Part shown: positions 26,386 to 40,645 of the stretch, one piece after another
Layout of the letters: each line of letters starts with the position of its first letter
Numbering within the stretch: position 1 is the first letter of the stretch
NCBI GenBank assembly: GCA_964016885.1
Contig: OZ024740.1
Coordinates: 183,768,001-183,832,000, forward strand
DNA length: 64,000 bases
Direction of reading: 5' to 3'
Source of the DNA: Eledone cirrhosa
Lineage: Eukaryota
Translations under genes and position numbers: made by a program
The notes under the pieces: model-generated
Told to the model about the DNA's origin: nothing
What the model saw: only the letters and a program-made list of their open reading frames with translations
Database searches by the model: none

Positions 26386-27471
26386 AAAACCCGGACGTTC
26401 AGTTGATCGAACAACTGAATGGACATCGTCGAAACCATTGAAAGATCCACCAACAGCTGTTGTAAATGGAAACTGGTTTAACTCAAAATTGAAACCTGCT
26501 TAATGATTAATTTTTTTTTCTCGAAGCTTAACTTTTGGATCTACAAAAGTCTATGCACAAAAGTCTTCTCAGAAAAAAAAAGAAAAAAAACAGCAACAAA
26601 GAGTAACAGTAAATAAACAAAACACAAGATCAATGTTCTCATTTCTCACAACTTTTAGAAAAACGTTCATGATTTTCGCTTTTCTATTTTAAGTTTACAA
26701 CATTGAAGCAACCAATTTAAATCTTAACTTAATGGCGAAAAAATGTCAAAAAATCATAGAATATCCAAATTGGAATAAAAACTGGAAAACATAAAATCAA
26801 TAAAAAATAAGTACCTAATTCTCTATCCCAACATCTTACTGAATGCAACCAGAAGTTGTCAAATTTGTTGAAATGTAAATTACTATTTTTTTTAGGAGAA
26901 AAAAATCTCAATGCAGTGTAATTTGCCAGATTATTGTTAAAAGCCGGGATGTAATTTGGAATATAAAATACTGCAAAAATTTTCCGGTAGCAGTTGTTGA
27001 ATAAGTAATATAATGAGACTGACAATTGCTTTCACCAATGTTCTACACACTTTACACTAATAAAGTGTCACAAATTCAAAAATGTTAAAAACAAGCAACG
27101 AAAAAAAAAATAGAACAGTTATTAAAAAGAATTAAATAAAAGAAAAGTTTTTTTTTAATCAAAAATATATTTCTGCATTCAATTCTAGAATATATGGTGA
27201 CACACAAATTTAAACTTGATCCATAAAGGGAGATCGATTAAATTCAAATTTATATTATCATTGTTGTTGTTGTTGTTGTTGTTGTTCTTCTTCTTCTTCT
27301 TCTTCTTCTTCTTCTTCTTCTTCTTCTTCTTCTTCTTCTTCTTCTTCTTCTTCTTCTTCTTCTTCTTCTTCTTCTGAATAGAAGCATCATCTAGATTGCG
27401 GTCTTTTAAAATGGTGTCTTTGAAAGTTCCTGTAGTGATAAATTCTAAGTTAATAGCAAAATTGATAAGAT

Positions 27472-27513
<42 letters not shown>

Positions 27514-27539
27514 ATACACACACACATACACACACGCAT

Positions 27540-27570
<31 letters not shown>

Positions 27571-28004
27571 CATAAATATGAGTAAAAACTTACGTGTTAC
27601 ATTTTTTTTTCTGTGGATATTAATATGTAATTTTTTACATCCTCACCAGCTATATATATAAAATAACTTCATACATACTCAAAACCACAATTTCTAATCT
27701 TTCTGATAAATCTATACTCCTCTCATACAGAGACTCTTACCTTTTCTGTGTCTGTATTAGAGCATATGATTTTCCCCTCTTTTGTTCTTTTAGAAATTCA
27801 TCACCCGAAAGTTTTCTGATAAACTATTCACACACAAACTTAAAAATATATATTAAATTTTAGTTTCAGATTAGGGTAATGCATTCTGGCTTCTTATAGT
27901 ATATTTAATAAAGACAGAATAAAGGAATACTGATTCAAATTTACATTCCATTGACGTCTTTTCGAACACGTTAATTAATTTTTCTCTTTCACTCTCTTTA
28001 TATA

Positions 28005-28097
<93 letters not shown>

Positions 28098-28200
28098 GTG
28101 TGTGTATGTGTCTGTGTGTGCATGTGTGTGAGTATGTGATGAGTAAAAACTAACGTCTTAATATATATAAGAATTATATATATATTACATATATATTTAC

Positions 28201-28264
<64 letters not shown>

Positions 28265-28269
28265 TATAT

Positions 28270-31200
28270 ACATAGTAATAATAATAAATTTGAAGACTAA
28301 AATCCAAAGAGGGCCCGATAAGAATAAATATATATCAAATATATAAGAACCGTAGAGCAAATATTTATTAAAATAACAGATTAAAGTTTAAGCAAAGAGT
28401 CGCTGCTTTTACACTTAACCGGATCTTCTGAATCTAACAAAGTCAATCTGTGAACGCAGAAGTGAATATTTCAAAAATCGTTGCAACCGGAGGAAGACAG
28501 GAAGACTATACGTTGGTTCGTGGAAACGTTCCCTGGCAAAGAACGGGAAAAAACGAATATAATACGTCATTATTTGGAGCGGTGGAAAACAATTACACGC
28601 AAAGACCAAACCACGTTTATGGTATAAAAGAAGTCGTTGACTAATATTCTATTAGGAGGTTCATAGAGACAATGGCTCTCTGGCAATGAACGGAAAAAAC
28701 GAAGATAATACGTCGTATGTTGAGCGGGAAACAATTGCACGCAAAGTCAAAACCACGTAAATGGTATAACTTATGTCGTAGACTAAAATTCTAACTCATG
28801 CATCTTGCTCGGCTTTCTACGACACGTTTCCTCCATCCATCTCTGTCTCTCATAGTGTTTGCCAGTTATTCCGCAGTGCATCCAGTATCGACTTCAGAGT
28901 TAAGAATAAAGTAAATAAAATAGAGAGGTAATTGAAATTAAATAAATACATACACGCATCCAATACGTACATACACAAGCATACGCGAACATGCTCGCCA
29001 TAGGTATACAAATACACGCACGTACACGAAAAAAAACAAAGAAACCTGCACGCATACGAATGTATAGACCAAATACACTTAAAATATATATATTCATATA
29101 TATATATGTGTGTGTGTGTGTGTGCCTGTATACATATAATTACATAAACGTATATAAATAAATAAATACGTATATAACAAGCGCACACACATACCTACAT
29201 GTAAATACACATATGTTCGGAGACTTACGTCAACCAAAGCACGAAGTACACATATAAACACACCCTACATACGTACTAACCCGCATACTTACAGAGACGC
29301 AAAACTCACGTATACATATAACCAAAAGCATATGTACCAGAATATATAATATATACGCCATAACACATACAATCAACTATACGTACGAGGTAGTATACGT
29401 ACCTTCACAAAACATACAGGTAATATATACTTACCTTTACAAATAAGTAATGGTATAAATATAACATATACTTAGCTACCACATCAAGACGTAAAATATC
29501 CGCGTATAGTTCGTACTATCCGTTAGGGTATAATGTGGGGCTGTAATACAGTGTTGTGCAATTTATGTTTACAAACCGAAATTGCCTCAGATATTTTGTT
29601 TAAGATGTTGTCTTTGGAGTAGAGTATTTTCAGAGGTCACATGGTCTTTTATTTCCGTTATACGATCTAGCCCTAGCTAGGATCTTCCAGTGTAACTTAT
29701 ATGGGGTATGGTTGTCTTTTAGACTCTAGATATAAGCTGAAAGTGACGTCATATTCCTACTTAAAGGGTAACGAAAAGAATGGGTATGCATGTAAAGACG
29801 CTGCTTGAATCTATTGACGGTTAACCCTATTTATGCTCTACGGGACGTGGGCGTTTCAACCTTACATTTTTAGACAATGTTACTAGAGAGGCGTTTCGCG
29901 GATAGGGGGCAGTCAACCCGATTCCTACAATTACAGTTAGTACTAACTACAGGGTTGCACGTGTTCCTACAGCTATGTAGTTTAGCTAAATTTGAAGCTG
30001 TTATGTTATGTGCAAGGTTAGGAGTGGTAGAGTAAGAAATTTTAATAGTATTTATGTTTAAAATGCTACTATATTTATGTGTAGGGGGAAATGCTTCAAA
30101 ATAATGGAGAGAAAGATCTTAACTAATGGTGTGGCCACCTCCATATTATATGCTGGGTTACACCATATAATGCGCCGGGATCTATTTCTTCTAGGTCTAT
30201 TCTTGTACTCTGTATATGCTACCTTATCAACAAATCCACTCCGAGGAAGAGCTTCATTGTAATATTTGGAATGGTCGTTGAAAATATGCTCGTTAGTAGA
30301 TAGACGGGAAAGCCTCAAAGAAACGTTTCTTATCAGGTTCTTGGTTATGCTGGCAGGATGGTTGGAATGCTTACTTATGTAATTAAGCGTACATTCGGCT
30401 TTCTATACGGGTAATGAAAGGCATTCGATAAATTGAGGGTAACGTCGAGGTAATTAACGACAGTGAGGTTGGCCTCAAAGTGTATGGAGAGATTGAAGCA
30501 TTTAAAGAAGGCTGTGAGTTATTTTCTGAACCTGTCGCAAGCACTTGGGCCGCGCTGAGTCATGGTCAAAGGACCATCATCACGGTACAAACCACCGCCC
30601 ACGTTGGGGAATTCTTCCTTGATAGAGAAAAGAAGGAAAAGGCCGATAAGATCAGTAACCTCCGCAGCATCGCTGGCGCCCAGATTCACGTCGAATGGGC
30701 TACTATTGGCTTTTCTAATCCTAATAGAGTCGTCGAAATTAATCACCGACTTACGGGCATTGAGGATGACATCACCTTCGAAATTCTTAACCACTGTGAG
30801 TGTTTTAGCGAAATTGATAGTTCTAAGGAGAAGTGGTAAAGTGATGGATGAGTAGTAACTATTGATGTCGAATTTAATAAAACGGCAATGTTCCTTGTTG
30901 CATATGCCGTTGAACCAATCAATCCCCGCGAAAGAATTGTTCCACAGTGAAAGAGGTGCCAAACTTCTAATTTCAGGTATAATTCTATCAATAATCCTTT
31001 TACTAAGTCTACCTAAATCGGACTTCGTAACGGTTAATAAGCCGAATAGAAGGGTTGTTCGGAAAATTGGATTTGTGATCCTTCAGTGTAAAGTGGGGAG
31101 AAAAAGGGTCAGGAGTTTCAGTCCGGTCCAGGATGTTGAGATCATCGGTGATTTTAAACCCAGCATCGTTGATTTCATTAATGACGCTCCGATTAGTTTT

Positions 31201-32752
31201 ACGGTAATCCTTAGTTATAACATTATGTAGCAGTTGATGGTAAGTACTGCGCTCCACTTGATATAGATTGCCAGTTTTGTCGGAGTGGACGTGCACGGCA
31301 TTATAATCCTTAATAGAACGAATTCTATTCTTCAGTTCCTGCTGGAAGGAATTGCTCCTATTCCGAAATTTGATACTCGGTATGAGTTCCAAGACATCAT
31401 TTTCGAAGGGTACCAATGCTGGGTTACTCGGAGGGTTATTATAGGTTTTAAACCCCAATTTATCCTGTTTGTTGTCTGCTTTTCCCTGATTATCGAAATT
31501 AAATGCACACCAACGCAACCTTTTAATGAACGCGTCTGTTTTATGTATCAGGAGTTTTAAGTATGTTTTTCTGCTTGGTACGGGTATGTTCTTTGTAGAA
31601 ATATTTAGATGTTGTTTCTGCATGATGAATATAAGTCAATAGAGTGCTCAACCGGGGGAGCCAAATATTAATAATAATAAATTTGAAGACTATAATACAA
31701 AGAGGGCTCGATAATGATAAATATATATCAAATATATAAGAAACGTAGAGCAAATATTTATTAAAATAACAGATTAAAGTTTAAGCAAAGAATCGCTACT
31801 TTCACCCTTAACGGGAACTTCTGAAACTAACAAAGCTAATCTGTGAACGCAGAAGTGAATATTTCAAAACACGTTGCAACCGGAGGAAGACAGGATGATG
31901 ATACTTTGGTTCGTGGAAACGTTCCCTGGCAAAGAACGAGAAAAAACGAATATAATACGTCATTATTTGCAGCGGTGAAAAACAATTACACGCAAAGACA
32001 AAACCACGTTTATGTTATAAAAGAAGTCGTTGACTAATATTCTATTAGGAGGTTCATAGAGACGTTCTCTGGCAATGAACGAAAAAACCGAAGATAATAC
32101 GTCATATGTGGTGCGAGGAGAACAATTGCACGCAAAGACAAAACCACTTAAATGGTATAACTGAAGTCGTAGTCTAAAATTCTAACTCATCATCATCAGG
32201 TCGAGCTTGCTCGGCTTTCTACGACACGTTTCCTCCATCGATCTCTGCCTCTCATAGCGTTTGCCAGTTATTCTGCAGTGCATCCAGTATCGGCTTCAGA
32301 GTTAAGAATAAAGTAAATAAAATACAGAGGTAATTGAAATTAAATAAATACATACACGCATCCAATACGTACATAGACAAGCATACGCGAACACGCTCGC
32401 CATAGGTATACAAATACACGCACGTACACGAAAACAAAAAAAAAACCCGAGCGCGTACGAATGTATAGACCAAATACACATAAAAATATATATATTAATA
32501 TATATATGTGTGTGTGTGTGAGTGTATACATATAATTAAATAAACGTATATAAATAAATAAATACGTATATATGGCGAGCGTTTTCGCGTATGCTTGTGT
32601 ATGTACGTATTTGATGCGTGTATGTATTTATTTAATTTCAATTACCTCTGTATTTTATTTACTTTATTCTTAACTCTGAAGCCGATACTGGATACAGTGC
32701 GGAAGTACTGGCAAACGCCATGAGAGACAGAGATGGATGGAGGAAACGTGTA
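28270..32752 (-). mobile_element. Full-length Hydra-clade-like PLE with direct pLTRs and a short inverted 5' segment
   Basis: Direct repeats at ~28270-29175 and ~31668-32572. Inverted piece at 32573-32752. The ORF lies between the direct repeats. Confidence 0.93.
29516..31623 (-). pseudogene. PLE RT + GIY-YIG, frameshifted
   Basis: STKNIPVP..Y...LI.K...FIKRLRW, SDKTGNLY, TLKDHK.NF...P..RLIN, FDINSYY.SI, DV.LGA.D.AEV.DLIGL, GGLYRDD and CNCR..CPL. Confidence 0.92.
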
Positions 32753-33002
32753 TAAGCATACCAACATTATGTTTCATATATATATATATTTATATAGTAT
32801 TAATTATACTATTTATTGTTATGTAAATACAAAAACCTTTTGCAGTTATATATATTTTTATACAAACCCTAAATAGTGGTAGGCAGTAATATATTACTAC
32901 CTTATTACCAGTAAGTTAAGTAGCTCAATGTAAAAACATGAGATGATTTACAGAGCAGTTAAATGAAATATAAGAATCAAAGTACCGGTCAAAACATTTT
33001 TA

Positions 33003-33049
33003 TGCTTACAACTGTTTCCTCCAAACCGAGGTTTCGATTCTTCGGAGCA
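33003..33049 (-). ncRNA. Hammerhead-like motif with CCGAAGA core (copy at 37023-37069 +)
   Basis: tgct-CCGAAGA-atcgaaacctcggtttggag-GAAA-CAGTTG-TA-agca. Confidence 0.65.
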
Positions 33050-34488
33050 ATTTATTAATGAATGAACACTTATATGACCTCCTTTTCACCCAAGAGACAT
33101 ACAGATACATATGCAAATATTGTGGGTAAACATTCATTACAGCATTTAGTGTGGCAGTACACACTTAGAGATTACATTCATATTAAAAGATACAATCAAA
33201 AATACAGGTTAAAATACAACATGAAAATAAGCTGTTATATAGTGCAAAGGTTATATGTGTGGCAAGCACGTGCGTCTTGTTTATATAGTGTGGCAGAGAG
33301 TTACGTGTAGTAGAAGCACTTAAGTAGGTAAACAAGAGTGTTAGGTTGGTTGATCTGGTGGCAAATTCTTTATATGATTGTTATAGTCTGTGCGTGGAGA
33401 AATGATATCAGCATTAAAAATAGTGCAAGCATTAAAAATATTTAAAATATTGGAAATGCACAGTGAAGGGATGTTATGGACTTCATGTACTTCGACATGT
33501 TCATAGTCAGGGGGGTCTATTTTTCAGATTATATGCCCCTCACATAATCCACGACAATTCGATATTGAGCGTTTGACAATCCAGTTAGAGAATCATAGTC
33601 CGATGTTCTTTAGTTCAATACAGGAGGATGTTACGTTTCGAGAATCGACATTAAAATACTACCCGGAAGTGTGTGGCTAAGAGGAGTTAATGCATGAGGG
33701 GAGGTAACTCCGAGGTTTCTATTACTAACTATTGAAATGTGTCTCAAAATAGATCCTAACTTCTATGGTTATGCGCAACTTCTAAAAAATTTCTAAAGCA
33801 TAAAGTGTTTTAACTATAGAGTAGTCTATTAAGTTGTGCTGAAGGTGTTCGTATTATTATGGTGAATTAACCCCCATCGTAGAGTGCCACCAATGAATAT
33901 TATAGACGACGAGCGAGGATTCTCAATTAATGATCTCTGTGGTTGTTGTCTACTCATAGGACCAGGCGCGGTGATTGCAGAATCACTTCAACACACGTTG
34001 ATCTCTGGTAAGTTCTGGGTCATCGCTTGCTACATTGGATGTCGAAAGATAATCCTCACCAGGGCCGACCAGAGGTCAATCCGCAGTCCTCATGACCCCA
34101 CTCTGACCATCAAATCATCCATATATGTACAACCCGTACGCCAGTTGCAATACATTCATTCCCTGCATTCAGCGTACCGGTCATACTGCTCAACAGCGTT
34201 ACTAGATTAATTCGTTTTTCATCTGTCCAACGAAGGCACTTCCTCCGCACAACACTAACAAGACAATCAATTCATGCTTAAATTACCTATATAGCGGTGT
34301 AGTGCAGTTTAAGTGGGTGGATGTTGTCACACCTAAAGTAGAGGTATAAATGGGTATTCGCCCTGCGAAGGGTTCTAGAGGGAAGTCGCTGTTTGTGTTA
34401 TATTAGATCAGTTAGTGTTGGGTATGTGGTATAAGGTGTGCCCCTGGTGTTTGTGCTAGAGGTGGTGTTTGGTTCAAGTCCGACACTG

Positions 34489-36505
34489 CTATATATTGGG
34501 CTTAAAGTTTTGGAAGGAATGTCTGAAGCGGTGCTGGCAAGTTGCAAACACTTCAGATTTTTTGTTAAGTAGGTTACGGTTAGAGAAGATAATATTGTGG
34601 GTATATAGTATACAGAGGTTACAAAATTTATTAGGTGGTTTGTACGAAGTCGCGCTACCTATCACTTCCCATTTGAGTGTGTAAGGTTTATTTTTAGTTT
34701 TTAGATAGTGTATGTAGCTAGATAGTGAGGTGGGGTTGGCTAGACTGTGCTTTTTGAACGAGTGGATGTGCGAATTATATCTGATTTTGAAGCAGTTAGA
34801 AGTGGAGCCTACATAGATTTCTGAAGAGTTGCTAGTTGTGACGGTGCATGAGTATATGATATCCTTGGTTAGGCATTTTCTATCTAAAGGGCAGGTTCTA
34901 TTAGCTCTACAGTTACAATTATCCTGTGTGTTAGTCTGCTGGTTATAATGCAGTGCAGAAGTCAGGGTGGTAGCTATAGGATTTTGGACATTCGGGTTGT
35001 CGACCCGGTGTTATTTCTTATACTAGTGTTATTTCTATTGTTACTGCCGTTACTATGGTCGCTTGCTACAGAGGTATTTAGAAGGTTTACATCCTGTTGT
35101 GATTTCGTTTGTATGAAGTACGAATTAATTTTACTTTTATTGCTGCTAGCTATGTGGTATGCTAAGTTAGGCGTCGTAGAATATGAGATTTTAATAGTGT
35201 TTTTGTTTAAAAGGTTGTGGTACTTGTGTCCTAGAGGGAAGTTTTTATCTAGTAGTGAGAAGAAAGCCCTAGGTATGTTGGTGGAGACATTTAGGTTGAA
35301 AGGAGGGTTGAACATGTATTATTTCTTCTTCTATGTTTGTTTTTAGTGTTTGGTGTGTTGTTTCTTCCTAAGGCACTACGGTAGTTTCCGTGGTAATGGT
35401 TACTTCCGGTGGCACCCTCCGCTTTGGTGTACTTGTGGTTGCTATTCCTATTATTAGGTTTCCTCATGGACATGTTGTGCGAGATAATGTTGTAGCTATG
35501 TGTTTTCTTAGGTAGGAACTCAATTTCTATATTATGGCCGGATCTAGCTAATGCTTGATTGTAATATTGTGAGTTTTTGCTAAATATGTTTGCGTCATAG
35601 GATAGATTAGAGATTCTATTGGATACCCCCTTAGAGATAGAGTTTAATATTGATCTAGGGTGATTAGACTTGGTATCTACGTAAATGAGTTTTCGTTAGG
35701 CTTATGGAAAGGTGTATATATTTTTGAGTCTAGGTATAGTGTGGCGTCTAGGAAGTTAACATTTTTAGTGTTTTTGTCCATGGTGATACTAAGGTTAAAG
35801 TTTTTGAATGTCTTGTGCAATAGTTTTCTAGTTCTTTCTATATTACATTTTTTATATTCTATAAGTAGAAGTGCATCATCGCGGTACAAACCACCGTTGA
35901 GGTAAGGGAGGTCCTTATGGATTTCATTAAGAAGGTATAGGCCGACCAAATCAGTGACCTGCGCCGAGTCACTAGATTCCATGGTTATGTCGAAGTTGTT
36001 GTGCGTATCCTTGCGTGTCCATAGTTGGTCCTCAAATGTGATTATGGTTTTACGGGCCGCAAGGATGACATCAATCTGGGCTCTAGTCAGGTCGCTATTG
36101 TTCATGGCCATGATTAGTGCATTATTTAATAGGATAGGGGAAATAGAGGTGTAGTATGAATTGATATCAAATTGAATAAATTTTTTGTCATTATTCTTGA
36201 TATCTTTGAACCATTCAATAACTTCACCCGTATTTCCCCATTGTTTAAGGTCTATCTTGTGTTTAATTTGTGGGATGATTTTATCTAAAATTTTCTTGCT
36301 GATAGTACCAATGTCGGACTTGGAAGGGCAGGTAAGTCTTATCGAGGGGTTGCTGATGAAGTCCTCCTTATGATCCTTCAGAGAGAATCTAGGGGGGTTT
36401 GGGGTGAATAGGTTGTGTATGCCTCTGAAGTCCTAGTTTAGACACTATATTATATCCCTGTATATTAATATCTTCTAAGTTTTTCAAGGTGGTCTTCTTG
36501 TAGCT
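34489..36505 (-). pseudogene. PLE RT + GIY-YIG with Asn-rich insertions
   Basis: SLKDHKEDF...P..RL, FDINSYY.SI, FDITMES.DSAQVTDLVGL, GGLYRDDAL, VNFLDATL, FNPPFN and CNCR...CPL..KCL. Confidence 0.9.
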
Positions 36506-37199
36506 TTTATCGAATTGTCGTGGATTATGTGAGGGGCATATAATCTGAAAAATACACCCCCCTGACTATGAAAATGTCGAAGTACATGAAGTCCATAACA
36601 TCCCTTCGCTGTGCATTTTCAATATTTTAAATATTTTTAATGCTTGCACTATTTTTAATGCTTATATCATTTCTCCACACACAGACTATAACGATCATAT
36701 AAAGAATTTGCCACCAGATCAACCAACCTAACACTCTTGTTTACCTACTTAAGTGCTTCTACTACACGTAACTCTCTGCCACACTATATAAACAAGACGC
36801 ACGTGCTTGCCACACATATAACCTTTGCACTATATAACAGCTTATTTTCATGTTGTATTTTAACCTGTATTTTTGATTGTATCTTTTAATATGAATGTAA
36901 TCTCTAAGTGTGTACTGCCACACTAAATGCTGTAATGAATGTTTACCCACAATATTTGCATATGTATCTGTATGTCTCTTGGGTGAAAAGGAGGTCATAT
37001 AAGTGTTCATTCATTAATAAATTGCTCCGAAGAATCGAAACCTCGGTTTGGAGGAAACAGTTGTAAACATAAAAATGTTTTGAACGGTACTTTGATTCTT
37101 ATATTTCATATATTTATATATATGTAAATAAACATATATGTAACGTACATATTATTCTTATATATATTAAAACACAAGTTCTTACTCATCACACACACA

Positions 37200-37352
37200 C
37201 ACACAATTGGGCAATTGGCTAAGGTCATCCGTTATCCACGTTGGAGGGTTGCCTTGTGGAGAGTCATATTCACAGAGAAGGTCCACAGTGAGCTATTTTG
37301 ATATTGAGGCCCACTCTTCTGATTGCTTTGCGTATGGCGTTGGTGGTGTATA
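37200..37352 (-). mobile_element. PLE linker fragment homologous to 44431-44580
   Basis: Encodes [25 protein letters not shown]. Confidence 0.75.
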
Positions 37353-37414
37353 ATATATATATATATACACACACATATATATATGTATATATGTTATATA
37401 TGTATGTATACATG

Positions 37415-37484
<70 letters not shown>

Positions 37485-37497
<13 letters not shown>

Positions 37498-38669
37498 GGA
37501 AGTTGTCTGTGTGGGTGTATGATTTTTTATGCATTTCCACATTTGATTTGATTATTTTTTTCCAATGTACTCCAAATTTACAACGATGGTCAACGCGCTA
37601 TAAACTTGGCCAAAACTTTCCTACTCCTATGAACAGAAAATCGATAAAGCTAAATACATGCTGTAACCCTCTCTCTTACACGCTTATTCACTCTCTCTAC
37701 AACAGCGTCAAAACTCCGTTCAGGCAACGCGACATAAACTTTGAAAACTAAGCAACACATCATTTTATACAACAACAAACATAGTCATAACGCTCTCTCC
37801 GTCGCTCTTCCCTCTCTCTATAATAGATCATTCCCCCTCTCTATAATTTAACTGCTGGGGGAGTCATTGGAGTTCCGTATTGACATACGCCTTTTCTGGG
37901 GTATTTTAAATCGGCTTATTGCAAATTACAACCTGTAAAATAATACTTCTTATAACAGATTAATGCTATAGACATATGAATCGGAATGTTTAAATTATTT
38001 TATTTTTACGACTTTAATTGGTTAAATATTGATATGACAACACCCATAGTGTTGTACGTCTGGCAATTCTGCCAAATACACTGCCAAGGATGAACCATTT
38101 CCCCTCGGCGTAAGATATTCCGTTCGATTTCCGGCGATCCCAATCCCGGTGAGACAATATTTTGCCATGACCATTAACAAGTCACAATGGCAAACATTGT
38201 CGGTGGTGGGTATCCATTTAGGGGAGCCATGCTTCTGCCATGGCCAACTTTATGTTGCCTGTTCCCGCGTATGGAGCAGGAATGAACGTTTTGCTTACAT
38301 TCCTCAATAGATGACACGCAATATCGTCTACAAAGAGGTGCTATAGATGTTGGTGCAGGTGTTGGAGGTGTTGGAGCTATGCCGTCTGGAAAACTGTTTC
38401 CTGGTAGGGTCACCAATGGTGGAGAAATCTGACACCCAGCGACATCAGGGCCACTATTTTGCAACTTTGGTAAGCTAAATTCGGTATTGGAAGATTATTA
38501 GCCCATCATTGATTGTCCAAAATGGTAATTGGTTCATAAATTTTAATAACCGGTTCAACTGCTTTATGCTCTTAATTGATAAGTTTATTCGCTTTCAAGC
38601 CACGTTTACCTGTTTGTAACTTTTCATAGCAAATGAACAAACCCGAGCAACGCCGCGCTAAACTGCTAG
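37485..38669 (+). mobile_element. Non-autonomous Helitron
   Basis: 5' tatataaaacggaagttgtctgtgtg. 3' hairpin cccgagcaacgccgcg followed by CTAG|T. Internal helicase remnant. Termini similar to 56360-57255. Confidence 0.85.
38143..38346 (+). pseudogene. Helitron RepHel PIF1-type helicase C-terminus
   Basis: Manual translation: [43 protein letters not shown]...TRNIVYKEVL*. Confidence 0.88.
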
Positions 38670-39203
38670 TATATATATATATAGGTGTGGATCACTGGAA
38701 GGTAATACCCGTAGTGGTAGAGCACTCAGTCCAACGGACGAGTTAGGTAGAAGTTGTTACACAAAAGTTAGTTCACCATATCGAGAACAATTGTACAACC
38801 TTCGCGGATCTTCAGCTAGGTATGTATATGCTTATAAGAACAAGAAGGACAACCGTACGAACGCGCATGCGCAGAAACTCGGTCACTTTACAGAGGCAAT
38901 AGTAGACTGCGTGCGGAGGGTGTAAGGGAGATAACTGCGAAAGTCCGGAAGTTTTTTGGTTGAAAATAAAATAAAAAAAATTAAAAGTAAAATTACAAAG
39001 AATCAGTCCGGAGCCTTGTAGTTACCTCTCTTACACACGCCGCACGCAGTCTACTATTGCCTGTGTGAAGTGACTGAGTTTCTGCAAATGCGCGTTCGTA
39101 CGGTTGTCCTTCCTGTTCCTATAACCATATTCATCCCGAGCTGAAGATCCACGAAGGTGAAACAATTGCTTTCGGTATGGTGAACTAACTGTTGTGTAAC
39201 CAC

Positions 39204-39272
<69 letters not shown>

Positions 39273-39292
39273 TCTCTCTCTCTCTCTCTCTC

Positions 39293-39354
<62 letters not shown>

Positions 39355-39358
<4 letters not shown>

Positions 39359-40412
39359 AAGTATATTTACCAACATATGCGTACAGATGTACACTAATGC
39401 TAGCAAATACATAAGTTATGTCATAGTACCTAGGTGGTTCATGGCAGGAGGATGCAGAACAATTATATGAAAGACGTAAAATAAGAAAAATTAAAAAATT
39501 AAAAATTAACTTATTTACTAAAATGTTCACTCCAACTAATTAGTTTCTGTAATGGGATAAAGACAGTTACGTAATGTAACTGTCGAGAATTCATTACGTC
39601 ATCAGGAAGTCTATTCTCAGCTAAGTCTCCAGGCAATGCGCGGACACTAGGGACTCATATAAAAATAATATTAATTCTGTGGATGGAACAGCTAGCGAGG
39701 ACTGAATTCCAAAACACTGAAAAAGTTCGCTGTCACTGATCAAATGGCAGATTCTAAAGAATCAATCCCGTGACACTGAGGCTAGTCGGAAGGAGTGGGG
39801 TAGTAAGATGACAAAAGCCTACAACCACTACAATAAGTTAGTAGTGGATTTGGCAGGTTTGCTCAACAAATAAATAATTAATTGTTCTGCATCCTCCTGC
39901 ATTGAACCACCTAGGTACTATGACATAACTTATGTATTTGCTAGCATTAGTGTACATCTGTACGCTTATGTTGGTAAATATACTTATTCTCTATATTTAA
40001 CTCCAAATTATTTATTTGTTGAGCAAACCTGCCAAATCCACTACTAACTTATTGTAGTGGTAGTAGGCTTTTGTCATCTTACTACCCCACTCCTTCCGAC
40101 TAGCCTCAGTGTCACGTGATTGATTCTTTAGAATCTGCCATTTGACCAGTGACAGCGAACTTTTTCAGTGTTTTGGAAGTTAGTCCTCGCTAGCTGTTCC
40201 ATCCACAGAATTGATATTATTTTTATATTAGTCCGTAGTGTCCGCGCATTGCCTGGAGACTTAGCTGAGAATAGACTCCCTGATGACGTAATGAATTCTC
40301 GACAGTTACATTACCTAACTGTCTTTATCCCATTACAGAAAGTAATTAGTTGGAGTGAAAATTTTAGTAGGTAAGTTAATTTTTAATTTTTTAAATTTTC
40401 TTATTTTATGTC

Positions 40413-40416
<4 letters not shown>
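39355..40416. mobile_element. Family D non-coding PLE-type element, inverted duplication (solo copy at 54610-55100)
   Basis: 39355-39877 is inverted relative to 39878-39990 plus ~40005-40416. TA flanks. Confidence 0.85.
40275..40356 (+). ncRNA. Hammerhead with extended stem II, family D (copies 39529-39610 - and 54784-54865 -)
   Basis: actcc-CTGATGA-c gtaatg..gacagttac/gtaactgtc..cattac a-GAAA-(C)TAATTAG-TT-ggagt. Confidence 0.8.
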
Positions 40417-40511
<95 letters not shown>

Positions 40512-40645
40512 TTGGTGCTCTGAAATAGCGATATATATATGAATGTATATATAGTGTATATTGCAATACACTGTATGCTTAATTAAAAACATTTCGAAAA
40601 AATACGCTATTGTTTTAGAGTAGTAACAGTCTCACTTACTTTCCT

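Larger units (their letters stand above)
32755..37110 (-). mobile_element. 5'-truncated Hydra-clade-like PLE (another family) with ~600-bp inverted pLTR
   Basis: 32963-33564 is inverted relative to 36508-37109. The identical 82-aa spurious ORFs at 33062 and 36762 reflect this. Confidence 0.9.

Noticed and set aside
33062-33310. Duplicated 82-aa 'gene' (also at 36762-37010)
   Set aside because: The identity simply reflects the inverted pLTR arms, and no protein motifs are present.
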